From positions 192,001-256,000 of the forward strand of contig JBEULP010000117.1 in the NCBI GenBank assembly GCA_041287245.1: 64,000 nt of DNA. Reading direction: 5' to 3'. The translations under genes were made by a program, and so were the position numbers. How positions within the stretch are numbered: position 1 is the stretch's first letter; every line of letters begins with the position of its first letter. A model generated the notes under the pieces. That model was not told the origin of the DNA, searched no databases, and saw only the letters and a list, made by a program, of their open reading frames with translations. Shown here piece after piece: positions 1 to 9,718 of the stretch. This DNA is from Infirmifilum sp. (lineage in GTDB: Archaea; Thermoproteota; Thermoprotei; Thermofilales; Thermofilaceae).

Positions 1-501
1 ATGCAAACACCTACAAACGTTCAGGGACTAGGTGATTTTTACTCTGAGCTTATTAGAAGCGGCGGTAAGACTATAGATGCATTCGTAGCTCCACTTGCCC
101 CCTTTGTGGATCCTGGTAGTTTAGCCTTCCACATGCCGGAGAAGTACGGCTATAAAATTCTAACTCACACATTCGAAGGACACCGTGAATTGATGCTAGC
201 TAGGGAATGGTATATGATGCTTAACTATGAGACAAAGTGGATGACTCGAAAGCAAGTAGCTGAAGCAACTTATAATTCAGTAGAAAGCCTAACAAAAGCT
301 AAGTTCAAAGCCGGTGTCATTGACGAGGAGTACTACCGACAGGTTTTAGACTCCATAACCAATATTAGAGCTGGAATACCCAAGCAGGGCTTAAACTCGA
401 AAGAGACTCTTGATGAAGAAGAACTCTATCCTATTCGAAAACTCTGGGTACGCTATTTAACCCTGCGATCCCTCGCCGAAATTATTTATTATTCAATTTA
501 A
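1..501 (+). CDS. C-terminal part of a B12-binding/radical SAM protein (TIGR04190-like), truncated by the window edge
   Basis: PLAPFVDPGS..PEKYGY..H..W..MLNYETKWM motif typical of this family's C-terminus; frame open from base 1. Confidence 0.65.
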   Translation: MQTPTNVQGLGDFYSELIRSGGKTIDAFVAPLAPFVDPGSLAFHMPEKYGYKILTHTFEGHRELMLAREWYMMLNYETKWMTRKQVAEATYNSVESLTKAKFKAGVIDEEYYRQVLDSITNIRAGIPKQGLNSKETLDEEELYPIRKLWVRYLTLRSLAEIIYYSI

Positions 502-509
502 TTGTTTTG

Positions 510-1577
510 CTAGGAATTTTCCTCAGTTATTTCGAAATACTCACCGGCAACCTCCTCAACTATGGCGTCTAAACCCCCTACCCTCACGATACTATTTCCT
601 ATATCCACCTTGAAGTGCGCATAGCCGGCGGGCAGGTCTAGAACAGCGTCGGTGATGCGCCCTTCAACTGTTACTCTTGAACCTGTGTCAACCTCATATC
701 CAACCGCCTTTAAACGTAGCTTTTTGTTTTCTAAAAGAAGTCTTCTAGCCTCATAAAGTGCCATTCGGTGGAATGTGAATTTCAAAGGAAAGTCATATTT
801 TTCGTCCACTATAACCCTCGCACTAACCCACCTGTTGACGTAATCATGTGAAAGATAGTCGATTAACGTCCTTTCCTCTATTAGGAACCCATGTTTCATA
901 GGTAGGGTAGGTCTTGCCTTTAAAACTCCTCCGAGCGTAGAGTCGACAATAACAACTATATCGCCAGAGATGGCTACCCGCAACTTCTTTAGAAACGGCA
1001 TGTCCTCCACGATGAATTTCGCCCCTCTTTCACCCACAGCATAGGATAAAACATAGACGCTAATACCTCTCTTGATGGTCTCTTCTATTTTACCGCTTAA
1101 TAAGTGAATAAACCTTATATCACCCATTACAAGCGCGTCTATCTTAGCCTCGTCGAGCATCTCCGCCATCCTGTTTTTCGCAACCTCAGGTTCTCTAATT
1201 ACCCAGACCCCAAACCTTTCCTCCACGGAGGGCTTTGAGATACTCCTCATATACTCAAGGGCCCTCTTAGCCATAGCATCCAGGTCCCTCATGAACATGT
1301 TCAACAGAAGCTGAGGATCTACTGCGCGATATTTCTTAGGTCGTCCACCAAGCTCCTCTATATAACCTTTAGAGGAAAGCCTAGTTAGCGCTACATGTAT
1401 CTGGGGGCGATGCCTTACAAGGTAGTCCGAAATCTCAGGGGCACTGAGTGGACCCTTTTCTAGAAGAATCAGATACAGCTCTGCTTCAAGGCCTGTAAGC
1501 CCCAACATCTTTAGTAGTTGTGTGGCGCTCTCCCGGGGAGAACCTACTGAGACTTCTCCTGAAGCCCCCTCGCCCAT
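510..1577 (-). CDS. TrmB-family transcriptional regulator
   Basis: N-terminal wHTH (LGLTGLEAELYLILL..GRPKKYRAVDP) followed by an effector-binding domain; 355 aa. Confidence 0.85.
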   Translation of the reverse strand: MGEGASGEVSVGSPRESATQLLKMLGLTGLEAELYLILLEKGPLSAPEISDYLVRHRPQIHVALTRLSSKGYIEELGGRPKKYRAVDPQLLLNMFMRDLDAMAKRALEYMRSISKPSVEERFGVWVIREPEVAKNRMAEMLDEAKIDALVMGDIRFIHLLSGKIEETIKRGISVYVLSYAVGERGAKFIVEDMPFLKKLRVAISGDIVVIVDSTLGGVLKARPTLPMKHGFLIEERTLIDYLSHDYVNRWVSARVIVDEKYDFPLKFTFHRMALYEARRLLLENKKLRLKAVGYEVDTGSRVTVEGRITDAVLDLPAGYAHFKVDIGNSIVRVGGLDAIVEEVAGEYFEITEENS

Positions 1578-1609
1578 TCTGAGTCACAGGAAAAAAGGTA
1601 AAAGGGTTA

Positions 1610-2584
1610 TTAATATTTATTCATCATTTCAATATTTGAAGCCATAAGACCATGTTTTCTAGATAGAACATCATACGTTTGGGCTATCATGACAGCCATG
1701 TTGGCTACTTCAACACCTCGACTACCAAATAAATAGACATTAGGCTCAATGTGGTCCGCTCCGCTGTCAACCAATACTTGACACTCAGGGCACTCGTCGA
1801 ATAGGACAGGGGCAGCTGCGGCGACAGGATTTGCCGCTGGATACTCACTACTACTGAACTCTTTGAACTTTAAGTCTAGTGTGACAAGAGCTTCTTCGAC
1901 AAGCTGGTCATATTTTATGTTAATGACAGCCCTGTATTTTCCTCCCAACGACAGCAGTATCGCACCAAGGTGTCTACTCGCCCCAAACTCTGGCTTTCTG
2001 AACAAGATCCCGCCTTTCTTATCCGGCGAGATTCGGCCAGGAACAGCTACAATATCGTTTAGTCCTCTTGCCCCTGGAATAGATACTGCGAGATTCGTTA
2101 GAACCTCTGGTATAATTTTTGGGAAATATTCTGATGATGAGAGAATCATGAGAGATCTCTCAATATCGGCCATTACTAATCCTTTACTAACATCGAGGTC
2201 CGGATAAACCACCTTTGTACATATATAACACTCGCTTTTTCTCCAACCATACTTTTCATGTGCTTTGCAAGCATCTCCTCCAGCAAGTATCAGTAGCCAG
2301 TAACGATTAGCGAGCATACCGGCAGTATTAATATCTCCCTTGACTATGTAATCTGCAATTCTCCTCGCTACGAGCTCCAATTCAGACAGTTGGACGTTCA
2401 AATCTCCAAGTTCGCTGGGAAGAATGTTTCGATTACTCCTTAACATCTTGCTTATAGCTGCCTGAGTAACTCCAAGGGAACGCGCAATATCTGTTTGCGA
2501 AAAACCTCTCTTTCTAAGTTCGTATGCCAATATTTTCCGAAAGCTCGGGACGAATATGTTGAAAGCTATTCCTTCTGGAAACAT
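1610..2584 (-). CDS. thiR: ThiR-type thiamine regulator (HTH + ThiN thiamine-phosphate-synthase-like domain)
   Basis: HTH SQTDIARSLGVTQAAISK plus ThiN-like IPEVLTNLA..VPGRI..PEFGASRH..EP; divergent from a YkoE-type ECF operon. Confidence 0.85.
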   Translation of the reverse strand: MFPEGIAFNIFVPSFRKILAYELRKRGFSQTDIARSLGVTQAAISKMLRSNRNILPSELGDLNVQLSELELVARRIADYIVKGDINTAGMLANRYWLLILAGGDACKAHEKYGWRKSECYICTKVVYPDLDVSKGLVMADIERSLMILSSSEYFPKIIPEVLTNLAVSIPGARGLNDIVAVPGRISPDKKGGILFRKPEFGASRHLGAILLSLGGKYRAVINIKYDQLVEEALVTLDLKFKEFSSSEYPAANPVAAAAPVLFDECPECQVLVDSGADHIEPNVYLFGSRGVEVANMAVMIAQTYDVLSRKHGLMASNIEMMNKY

Positions 2585-2599
2585 TCACATTATACTTGT

Positions 2600-2750
2600 A
2601 AAAACAGAGTTATAAATCTTCACCTGAGAATTTTTTATAAAAATTTATAACATTGTAATAGATTAACCTTAGGGAAAAAATTATAACTTAGTTATATAAA
2701 ATAAGCGTAGCTACTAGGAAACATCCCGTAAAACTTATAACCTAGTCATT
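2600..2750. promoter_or_regulatory. Four TATAAC-N3-GTTATA operator sites (putative ThiR boxes) in a divergent promoter
   Basis: 2682-2696 TATAACttaGTTATA (perfect); 2646-2660 TATAACattGTAATA; 2736-2750 TATAACctaGTCATT; 2600-2614 AAAAACagaGTTATA. Confidence 0.75.
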
Positions 2751-2763
2751 TACTAAAATTAAT

Positions 2764-3378
2764 ATGAATAGAACTACAACCTCTCGGAATCAAATCACAA
2801 CTATAGACCTAGTATTTACAGCCGCTATATCCGCAGTTATAGGGGCAATCTTCCTTGTCTGGTCAAACATCGTATGGGATGCCACAAAACTGCTATTGGG
2901 ACTGTTATTCTTGCCTGTGATCTATGGGGTGTGGTTCATAGGCGCTACTGTTCCAGCGTATATTATAAGGAAGCCGGGTATAGCCCTACTCGGGGAGTTC
3001 CTAGCAGCTTTAATGGAAATGGCACTTGGAACTCAATTTTCTTCCACTGCACTCCTATACGGCGTCATGCAAGGAGTTTTATCTGAGCTAGTTTTTGCCA
3101 TCACACGCTACAAGAAATGGGGTTGGGGTACCATGGCTCTAGCCGGAGCAATGCCCGCTCTTTGGGCAGCACCCGCTGATACCCTGTTGTATGGTACGGC
3201 AGAGCCCCTCCTTCCGGAGCAGAGGCTAGTATTCTGGTCATTATATTTTGTTAGTGGTGCTGTACTTGCGGGAATACTCGTAAAGGCAGTAATAGACACT
3301 GTTGTGAAGACAACCCCGATACTCGACCCCTTCCCAGTAGCCAGAGCGGTGAAATCTTCTTGCAAACAGTCAAAGTAG
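2764..3378 (+). CDS. ykoE: ECF transporter S component, YkoE-like (thiamine/HMP)
   Basis: Hydrophobic; IIRKPGIALLGE..E..G..QG..SE motif of the YkoE family; next to thiR. Confidence 0.8.
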   Translation: MNRTTTSRNQITTIDLVFTAAISAVIGAIFLVWSNIVWDATKLLLGLLFLPVIYGVWFIGATVPAYIIRKPGIALLGEFLAALMEMALGTQFSSTALLYGVMQGVLSELVFAITRYKKWGWGTMALAGAMPALWAAPADTLLYGTAEPLLPEQRLVFWSLYFVSGAVLAGILVKAVIDTVVKTTPILDPFPVARAVKSSCKQSK

Positions 3379-4958
3379 ACTCACTCCGGGTCTCTGTTGG
3401 GGTCGAGGGCAAACCTGTAATAGAAAACCTGACTTTTTCTCTTAGCCGTGGAGAGGCTCTACTCGTATTAGGCCCAACAGGCTCGGGTAAAACGACTTTA
3501 CTTCTCTCTCTTAGTGGTGTTATTCCTGGACTCTTACCTGGTGATGTTAAAGGGAGAGTAGATATAGCGGGACATGACCCAGTAAGTGAAGGTCTAAAGG
3601 GTTTAGCGGGCGACGTCGGTATTGTTTTCCAAGATCCAGAAGCCCAGGTGGTTATGGACACTGTACAGGATGAAGTGGCATTCCCTCTGGAAAATCTATT
3701 CTATAACCCTACTGCGATAAATGACCAGGTTACCAAGTGCCTAGCGAAAACGGGCCTTTTAGACTATGCCTCTGAAAAAACAGACACTTTATCAACCGGC
3801 TTGAAGCAGAGGCTTGCTATAGCAAGTACTCTTTGCTTTAATCCTAAAGTTTTGCTACTAGATGAGCCAACTGCTCACATAGACCCGGCCTCCTCCCGCA
3901 AAATATACGAGTTACTAAGAACTTTCAAGGAGGAGGGCGGGACTCTTGTAATCGTAGAGCATCGCTTGGAATACCTCGGAGACATTGTCGACAAGATACT
4001 CTTTCTGTACAAGGGTAAGGGGATACTCACCAGAGACTTTAACGACCTTGTAAATAATTTCGGGTTTTCAGCCCTAGTAAGAGCCGGTGTCTGGCTGCCT
4101 TATAAAATTTTGAAGGAGTTATCAGTGAACAAACAGTCTCAGCCTCTCAGCGGGCCTCCGGAATATACCCTGGGGAGTCCCATCATAAAAGTTGAGAATC
4201 TCAACGTCGAGCTCAACGGTAAAGCCATATTGAGAAACGTGTCATTTGATGTTAATAGGGGAGAACTGCTAGTAATCATAGGTCCCAACGGAAGCGGAAA
4301 AACCACACTGCTGAAAGTTCTTGCAGGCCTCATCAGAAAATATAGCGGGAGAATTTCTGTCTTAGGGGGAGCACCCTCTCACAAGAAAATAGCCTATGTC
4401 TCACAGATACCTGAGCATCAGTTTACGGAGCGAACAGTTTCTGAGGAAGTAGCATCCACCCTTCTTCAAACGGGAATTACCAAGGAGAGAGCGTTGAAAA
4501 TAGCTATGGGAGAACTGGAAGCCCGAGGACTAGGACATTTATCTAGTGCCGGTGTATACGAGATAAGTCAAGGAGAGAAAAGGCTGGTCTCACTGCTTGA
4601 AATGGAACTTCTTAACAGGCCTATAATCCTCCTAGATGAGCCGACCTTCGGGCTTGATCTGAGGCATACGCTCAATGTAGTAAAGCGGATAAACGATGTT
4701 ATTCTAAAAGGGAAAACGGTAATCCTTGTGACACACGATACCTGGATCCTACCCTTGTTTAACTCTAGGGTTATAGGTCTCTCCAGTGGAAAAATAATGT
4801 TTCAAGGATCATTTAAAGAGTTGCTTACAAAACGGGAACTCTGGAAAGATCTAAGCTTTTCTCCACCACCTGTCTTTCAAGAGACAGATAGGATTGAAGA
4901 CCAAGACGAAGCTATTAAGAACATACGTAATTTGGTGTTTTCGATACATGATGCCTAA
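3360..4958 (+). CDS. ECF transporter duplicated ATPase (YkoD-like)
   Basis: Two Walker A motifs (GPTGSGKT, GPNGSGKT) and two LLDEPT Walker B motifs. Confidence 0.9.
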   Translation: MQTVKVDSLRVSVGVEGKPVIENLTFSLSRGEALLVLGPTGSGKTTLLLSLSGVIPGLLPGDVKGRVDIAGHDPVSEGLKGLAGDVGIVFQDPEAQVVMDTVQDEVAFPLENLFYNPTAINDQVTKCLAKTGLLDYASEKTDTLSTGLKQRLAIASTLCFNPKVLLLDEPTAHIDPASSRKIYELLRTFKEEGGTLVIVEHRLEYLGDIVDKILFLYKGKGILTRDFNDLVNNFGFSALVRAGVWLPYKILKELSVNKQSQPLSGPPEYTLGSPIIKVENLNVELNGKAILRNVSFDVNRGELLVIIGPNGSGKTTLLKVLAGLIRKYSGRISVLGGAPSHKKIAYVSQIPEHQFTERTVSEEVASTLLQTGITKERALKIAMGELEARGLGHLSSAGVYEISQGEKRLVSLLEMELLNRPIILLDEPTFGLDLRHTLNVVKRINDVILKGKTVILVTHDTWILPLFNSRVIGLSSGKIMFQGSFKELLTKRELWKDLSFSPPPVFQETDRIEDQDEAIKNIRNLVFSIHDA

Positions 4959-5694
4959 AGAACCGCGTCACTATCTTTGCAAACTAAATCCCGCGGTTAA
5001 ACTATTCACAATCTTATTTGCCGTCTTTGCTATTGCGTTAATACAGAACACGCTTGTTTTAGCAGTCCATCTTGTCCTCTCACTAACTCTAGCCTGGCTC
5101 GCTAGGCCTAAGCTAGACAGGGCTGTCATCGCAAGTATCTCTTCGACTCTCATTGGATATTCATGGGTCACATATGTTCTTTTCTTGACAAACCTTCACC
5201 TAGATCCTAGTCTAGCATCGACAAGGACTCTTCTCTTATCGACCCGTATTCTAATCATAATTTTATACTCACTATTTTTCATCTCTACAACCAGCCCCAA
5301 AGAAATAGCTGCGGCTCTCACCTTACAACTACACATTCCATACGTATACTCCTACATGTCTTTCGTATCACTTCGCATGTTTCCATTGGTCAGGAGAGAC
5401 CTTGAAAACATGATTGCTTTTAGGAAAATTAAAGGCTATTTTTCACTCCGTAAACCTTGGAGGCTTATCCTGTCCATCGCCTCCCCCCTTCTATTCCTTG
5501 TTGTTAAACGATCGATAACGCTTGGAATAGCAATGGAGGCAAGGGGGTTCGGCAAATACCCTCATAGAGTTTTCCGGGAAGAGACATCGGTTCATAAGAA
5601 GGATATCCTTTTCGCTCTAATTGTCGTTCTAGGCACAATTTTTTCCCTCTTGATAGCGTACACCTATAACATACCTCTGCAACTCTCACTCTAG
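4948..5694 (+). CDS. ECF transporter transmembrane T component
   Basis: LNPAVKL N-terminus and AMEARGF motif; ATG at 4948 preferred to TTG at 4894. Confidence 0.88.
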   Translation: MMPKEPRHYLCKLNPAVKLFTILFAVFAIALIQNTLVLAVHLVLSLTLAWLARPKLDRAVIASISSTLIGYSWVTYVLFLTNLHLDPSLASTRTLLLSTRILIIILYSLFFISTTSPKEIAAALTLQLHIPYVYSYMSFVSLRMFPLVRRDLENMIAFRKIKGYFSLRKPWRLILSIASPLLFLVVKRSITLGIAMEARGFGKYPHRVFREETSVHKKDILFALIVVLGTIFSLLIAYTYNIPLQLSL

Positions 5695-6441
5695 AACAGC
5701 TTTCTTCACCTGACTAAGATTTCTTACACCGAAAATGCAGTTCCAAGGCCTAGGCTCCACACTTACCACACTTTTACCTCCGCCAACAATAACACCAGAT
5801 TTTTTAGCTCCAACTGTAAGAGCGCCTAAGCTAAAAGTATCTCCTAAGCCTATTTGGCTCTGAGTAACAGGAATTACATGTGCGTAACCGAAAATATAGC
5901 CTAAGATGGGTCGCACCACTATAACATCGCTGACGAAGTTTTTCCTAACGAATCTCTCCCATTTCGTGACGAAGCCCCCTCTAATAACAATTGAATCAGT
6001 CTTGACTATGTACGTGAAGCTTCTCCTGTATAACTCTACCAAGAGAACTCCAAATGTTGAAAATGCTAGTAGTGCCAGGAGTGCTCCCCGGTAGTCTGTA
6101 AGGGCTGTATACGCCCTGAGTATTTCAATCGTAAAATAGCTGAGCAGTGTGTACAGTAGAGGTTTAAAATCCACTCTTACAAGCCAGTTAATCAAACAAA
6201 AAATAACTGCAAGGAAAAACCCCAAGAGATAAATGAGGCTTGCGGGATAAGAAAGTCTAGTAATAACGTGTGAGGGGTACGATAAAAATTGCATATATTC
6301 TCTCCATTGAGCCGGGATCGCTAGCCAGAGGACATAAGCTATAATCTGCCCCATAAACGGTGATGTATATAGAAAATAAGCTCCAATAAAGGATTCAGGA
6401 GAAGGTTTTCCAGTCCACAGAACATCTTTGTTTTGGCTCAT
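5686..6441 (-). CDS. Membrane protein with a bacterial PH-like domain
   Basis: VLWTGKPS start, TM helices, then YIV..IVIRGG..V.RPILG.IFGY pattern. Confidence 0.6.
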   Translation of the reverse strand: MSQNKDVLWTGKPSPESFIGAYFLYTSPFMGQIIAYVLWLAIPAQWREYMQFLSYPSHVITRLSYPASLIYLLGFFLAVIFCLINWLVRVDFKPLLYTLLSYFTIEILRAYTALTDYRGALLALLAFSTFGVLLVELYRRSFTYIVKTDSIVIRGGFVTKWERFVRKNFVSDVIVVRPILGYIFGYAHVIPVTQSQIGLGDTFSLGALTVGAKKSGVIVGGGKSVVSVEPRPWNCIFGVRNLSQVKKAVLE

Positions 6442-6465
6442 CTACGAATTAAAAAAGAAGGTATT

Positions 6466-7008
6466 TTAAATCACTTGTGCAACTTTCCGGATAAGAGAGT
6501 TCTTCTCGAGAGGCTTTATAAGCAGGGATGCAAGGACTATCGAAACAAGAGTCTGCCCACCGATGTCGCGAATTAATGAAAGTAGAGCTGGAGTTAGACC
6601 CTTGACATAAACGTTGACGACAAAATACGTGAAACACATAACAAGCCCGCCCGTGATCATTAGCATAAGCTGGGTTCTGAATTTCTTCCCTCTCGCAAAC
6701 CCTACTATATATCCCTGCAACCCGTGAGCGATAATCGTGACGTACCATCTGGGGTATCCGACAATTACGTCGGCAATAGTCGGCCCTATTACACCCACGA
6801 GCCCGCCCACTTGTGATCCAAAGAGGAGGGAAACAAGGTAAATAACAGAATCCCCTATGTGTGTGTATCCCGTAGGGCTAGGGACTCCGCTAACCATGGT
6901 GAGCACGGCGTTTAAGGCGGAGAATAATGCGACGATAGCTAAAACAAGGCTTACTCTCCTCTGAATCACACCAGTCAAAAGCTTGGAAGGCTTATGAGGT
7001 TTTTTCAT
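6466..7008 (-). CDS. Stand-alone ECF transporter S component
   Basis: PTGYTHIGDS..FG..GG..G..ADVIVGY motif, about 5-6 TM helices. Confidence 0.8.
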   Translation of the reverse strand: MKKPHKPSKLLTGVIQRRVSLVLAIVALFSALNAVLTMVSGVPSPTGYTHIGDSVIYLVSLLFGSQVGGLVGVIGPTIADVIVGYPRWYVTIIAHGLQGYIVGFARGKKFRTQLMLMITGGLVMCFTYFVVNVYVKGLTPALLSLIRDIGGQTLVSIVLASLLIKPLEKNSLIRKVAQVI

Positions 7009-7438
7009 CCATCAGGCGTTGAACGCGAGAAAGATACCTAGCCGCCTTAACAGCCTCAGAGCTAACCTCGACAGCCTCACCCCTCTCTATTACATAGTGC
7101 TTCACGAGTAGTTTTTTGCCGGTAACTCTAATAGCCTCCTCAACTGCGTGGTGCAAGCCGACACAGTGTGGTGAGCCGTCAACCGTCAACACGACGACCT
7201 CCTCCAAGTCCACCCGTGCAAACATCGACGCAACCTTCAAGGCTATAATGTTGAAGTGCTCTGCCTCTAAGCACACAGCAAGTGGCACTCTTCCCCTGCT
7301 AAACTCCTCGTATATCTCTGGGTACTCATCCCGGACGCAAGCTCCGTAGATCAAAACTCGCCGGCTCTCACGTATAAATCTGGAGGCAACATTTGTCTCA
7401 GAGAGACGCTTATAAGCTAGATGTTCCCCAAGGTTCAA
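6992..7438 (-). CDS. Conserved putative Fe-S/metal-binding protein
   Basis: GAC..., VCLE..H and DGSPHC..LH Cys/His motifs. Confidence 0.55.
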   Translation of the reverse strand: MNLGEHLAYKRLSETNVASRFIRESRRVLIYGACVRDEYPEIYEEFSRGRVPLAVCLEAEHFNIIALKVASMFARVDLEEVVVLTVDGSPHCVGLHHAVEEAIRVTGKKLLVKHYVIERGEAVEVSSEAVKAARYLSRVQRLMDEKTS

Positions 7439-7441
7439 ATA

Positions 7442-8158
7442 TCACACCTTTAAAGCTATAAGTGTATCAAGAACGAGTATCCCACCAAGCCTTGTCTTCT
7501 CAATTAGCTCCTCCTCTGGAACAATCCTACTACTCTCCTCTAATAAGTGCCCATTAACAAGCAATAACGCTGCTGCTCTCACACGTCTAAGCATGGCTAT
7601 CGAGAAAAGCGTTGCACACTCCATCTCTACAGAAAGGGCACCCATTGTGGACCACTTCTCAGCAACACTGCGGTCCTCGGCATAGAAAGCATCACTGCTC
7701 ACCACGGGGCCAGCATGGATAGGAAAGCCTCTCTGCAACCCCTTAGAGTACAAGGTCCATGCCAATTCCAAGTCTGGAGCGGCAGAGACACTTAAATCTC
7801 CGAAGTACTGGCGGAATAGCCCACCATGAAAATAGTGAGCCGCTGTGGGAACGATAAAATCTCCCACAGCGACTTCGCGGCTTAAGCCTCCAGTAGTGCC
7901 GAGCCTAATTATTGCCTTAGCCCCACTTTGAACGAGTTCCTCGAATACTATCGCCGCCCCTGGCCCGCCCATTCCATGCGTAGCCACCGTCACTTCCACC
8001 CCTCTCCAAAGCCCCCCGTAAACTAGTAGCCCCCTATTCTCATTGAGAATGGACATATTGGAGAGGAGCTCCGCCAACATCCGTGCCCTTCCAGGGTCTC
8101 CTACCACAACAGCCCTCGGTGAAACCCTTTCAGCCTTGATGTGAAACGGCATTAACAA
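7442..8158 (-). CDS. Purine nucleoside phosphorylase family (DeoD/MTAP-I type), paralog 2
   Basis: GDPGRA, NENRG, HGMGGP, RLGTTG, SDAFY, VEME motifs. Confidence 0.88.
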   Translation of the reverse strand: MLMPFHIKAERVSPRAVVVGDPGRARMLAELLSNMSILNENRGLLVYGGLWRGVEVTVATHGMGGPGAAIVFEELVQSGAKAIIRLGTTGGLSREVAVGDFIVPTAAHYFHGGLFRQYFGDLSVSAAPDLELAWTLYSKGLQRGFPIHAGPVVSSDAFYAEDRSVAEKWSTMGALSVEMECATLFSIAMLRRVRAAALLLVNGHLLEESSRIVPEEELIEKTRLGGILVLDTLIALKV

Positions 8159-8192
8159 AAAATCTACGGGCTAGGTATTTTAGTATTGCTTT

Positions 8193-8963
8193 TTATCTCC
8201 TACTCAACGCATAAAGGAACCCCTGATAAGGTGTGCTCTCGTCGACATGTAAAACCATCTTGTACATGTCTCCCAGAGCCTCTCTAATCCGCGCAAACGA
8301 ATAATACCCTTCATGCAGCTCCACTAACAGCTTTTCAACATCAAATGCCTCTAAAACCTCCCTGGAGCCTAGTAGAACTTTTTCCTCGACACCCTCAACA
8401 TCCATTTTTAAAAGATCCACTCTCGGAAAACCCGTTTTCTCGAGGATTTCCCCTAGTGTGAATTTTGGTATTCGTATCTCTCTCTTCACTGCCGAGAAAT
8501 CCTCTACATACTCACGCATAAGCGAAGAATTTACCATACTCTCCCCAACGTAAAGTACCCCTACCCCACTTGTAGCATCAACAGCACTACATAGCACCTT
8601 AGCCCTATTCTCCAACTTGTTAAGCCTAAGATTCCAATAGATATAGCTACAAAGCAACGGATTCGCCTCAACAATATATGACCTAGCAGAAGTACTTCCC
8701 CCTAGACTTCTAATGCTGTAGAGCCCTACATACCCTCCTAGATCAACAATCTTCTCAGACCTCCCCGGTAGGAACTCGGCGAACTTCTCATAGTCCCTGA
8801 AAACATAGATGTGCTCGTAGTTCAACAAGGCCTCCTTAAACTCACTCACAGGAGCGGCGAATCTACAGCCCGGAAGAAACAACAACAAACTTTCTCCCGA
8901 AAACCTAGCCGTTAGGTAGCTCAATCCTCCCAGAGCCTTTAGGAATAAATGAAACGCCTGCAT
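8193..8963 (-). CDS. FkbM-family SAM-dependent methyltransferase
   Basis: VDLGGYVG, VEANP, LLKMDVEG.E motifs. Confidence 0.85.
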   Translation of the reverse strand: MQAFHLFLKALGGLSYLTARFSGESLLLFLPGCRFAAPVSEFKEALLNYEHIYVFRDYEKFAEFLPGRSEKIVDLGGYVGLYSIRSLGGSTSARSYIVEANPLLCSYIYWNLRLNKLENRAKVLCSAVDATSGVGVLYVGESMVNSSLMREYVEDFSAVKREIRIPKFTLGEILEKTGFPRVDLLKMDVEGVEEKVLLGSREVLEAFDVEKLLVELHEGYYSFARIREALGDMYKMVLHVDESTPYQGFLYALSRR

Positions 8964-8978
8964 AAAGTATCCAAGACT

Positions 8979-9698
8979 CTATAGAGGTGCGGACACTACT
9001 GCATCTAGAACAACACGAGAAGCCTTGTCTACGGCGTTTTTAAGCTCTTCCGCCGTAGCCATCTTAGCATATGCCTCCCCAATAACATCACTTACGACAA
9101 ACGAGGCTGCAGCCTTGACACCCCTAAGCCTTGACAGAACCAGAAGCGTCGCTGCCTCCATGTCAACAGCTATCATTCCAAGTTTTATCCATTCATTCAA
9201 AAAGTCAACTCCAGCGTAGAAGTTATCACTACTAATCACGGGCCCAAGGAAAAACCGCACATTATATTCCCGAGCCTTTTCCACAAGTAGACGGAGAAGC
9301 TCATAGTCGGGCACTGCCGCCATACAGTTTCCACGCGTATAAGTGTTAAGTGTACCCCCCGGCGCATAAGAGGCGCCCGTGGCAATTACCATGTCTCCGA
9401 CCCTCATATCGGGGAGAAAACCCCCACAAGTTCCGAAACGAACCATCAACTTCGCACCCAGCATTATTAGCTCCTCGAATACAATAGCAGCCGAAGGCGC
9501 ACCGATGCCGTGAGTCGCCACGGACACATCTACACCTTTCCACTTTCCAGTATACACCAGGAAGCCCCTGTTCTCATTAACAAGTCTAGCATCGGATAGC
9601 AGGGTAGACAATTGCCTCACACGTGCCGGATCGCCTGAAACGACAACCCGGGGTGCAACATCGCCCGGTTTTGCGAGAATGTGTAAGGGTTTTGCCAT
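8979..9698 (-). CDS. deoD: Purine nucleoside phosphorylase (DeoD/MTAP-I type), paralog 1
   Basis: GDPARV, NENRG, HGIGAP, RFGTCG, SDNFY, DME, VSD motifs. Confidence 0.88.
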   Translation of the reverse strand: MAKPLHILAKPGDVAPRVVVSGDPARVRQLSTLLSDARLVNENRGFLVYTGKWKGVDVSVATHGIGAPSAAIVFEELIMLGAKLMVRFGTCGGFLPDMRVGDMVIATGASYAPGGTLNTYTRGNCMAAVPDYELLRLLVEKAREYNVRFFLGPVISSDNFYAGVDFLNEWIKLGMIAVDMEAATLLVLSRLRGVKAAASFVVSDVIGEAYAKMATAEELKNAVDKASRVVLDAVVSAPL

Positions 9699-9718
9699 AG
9701 CTTTTCTACGACCATCTC

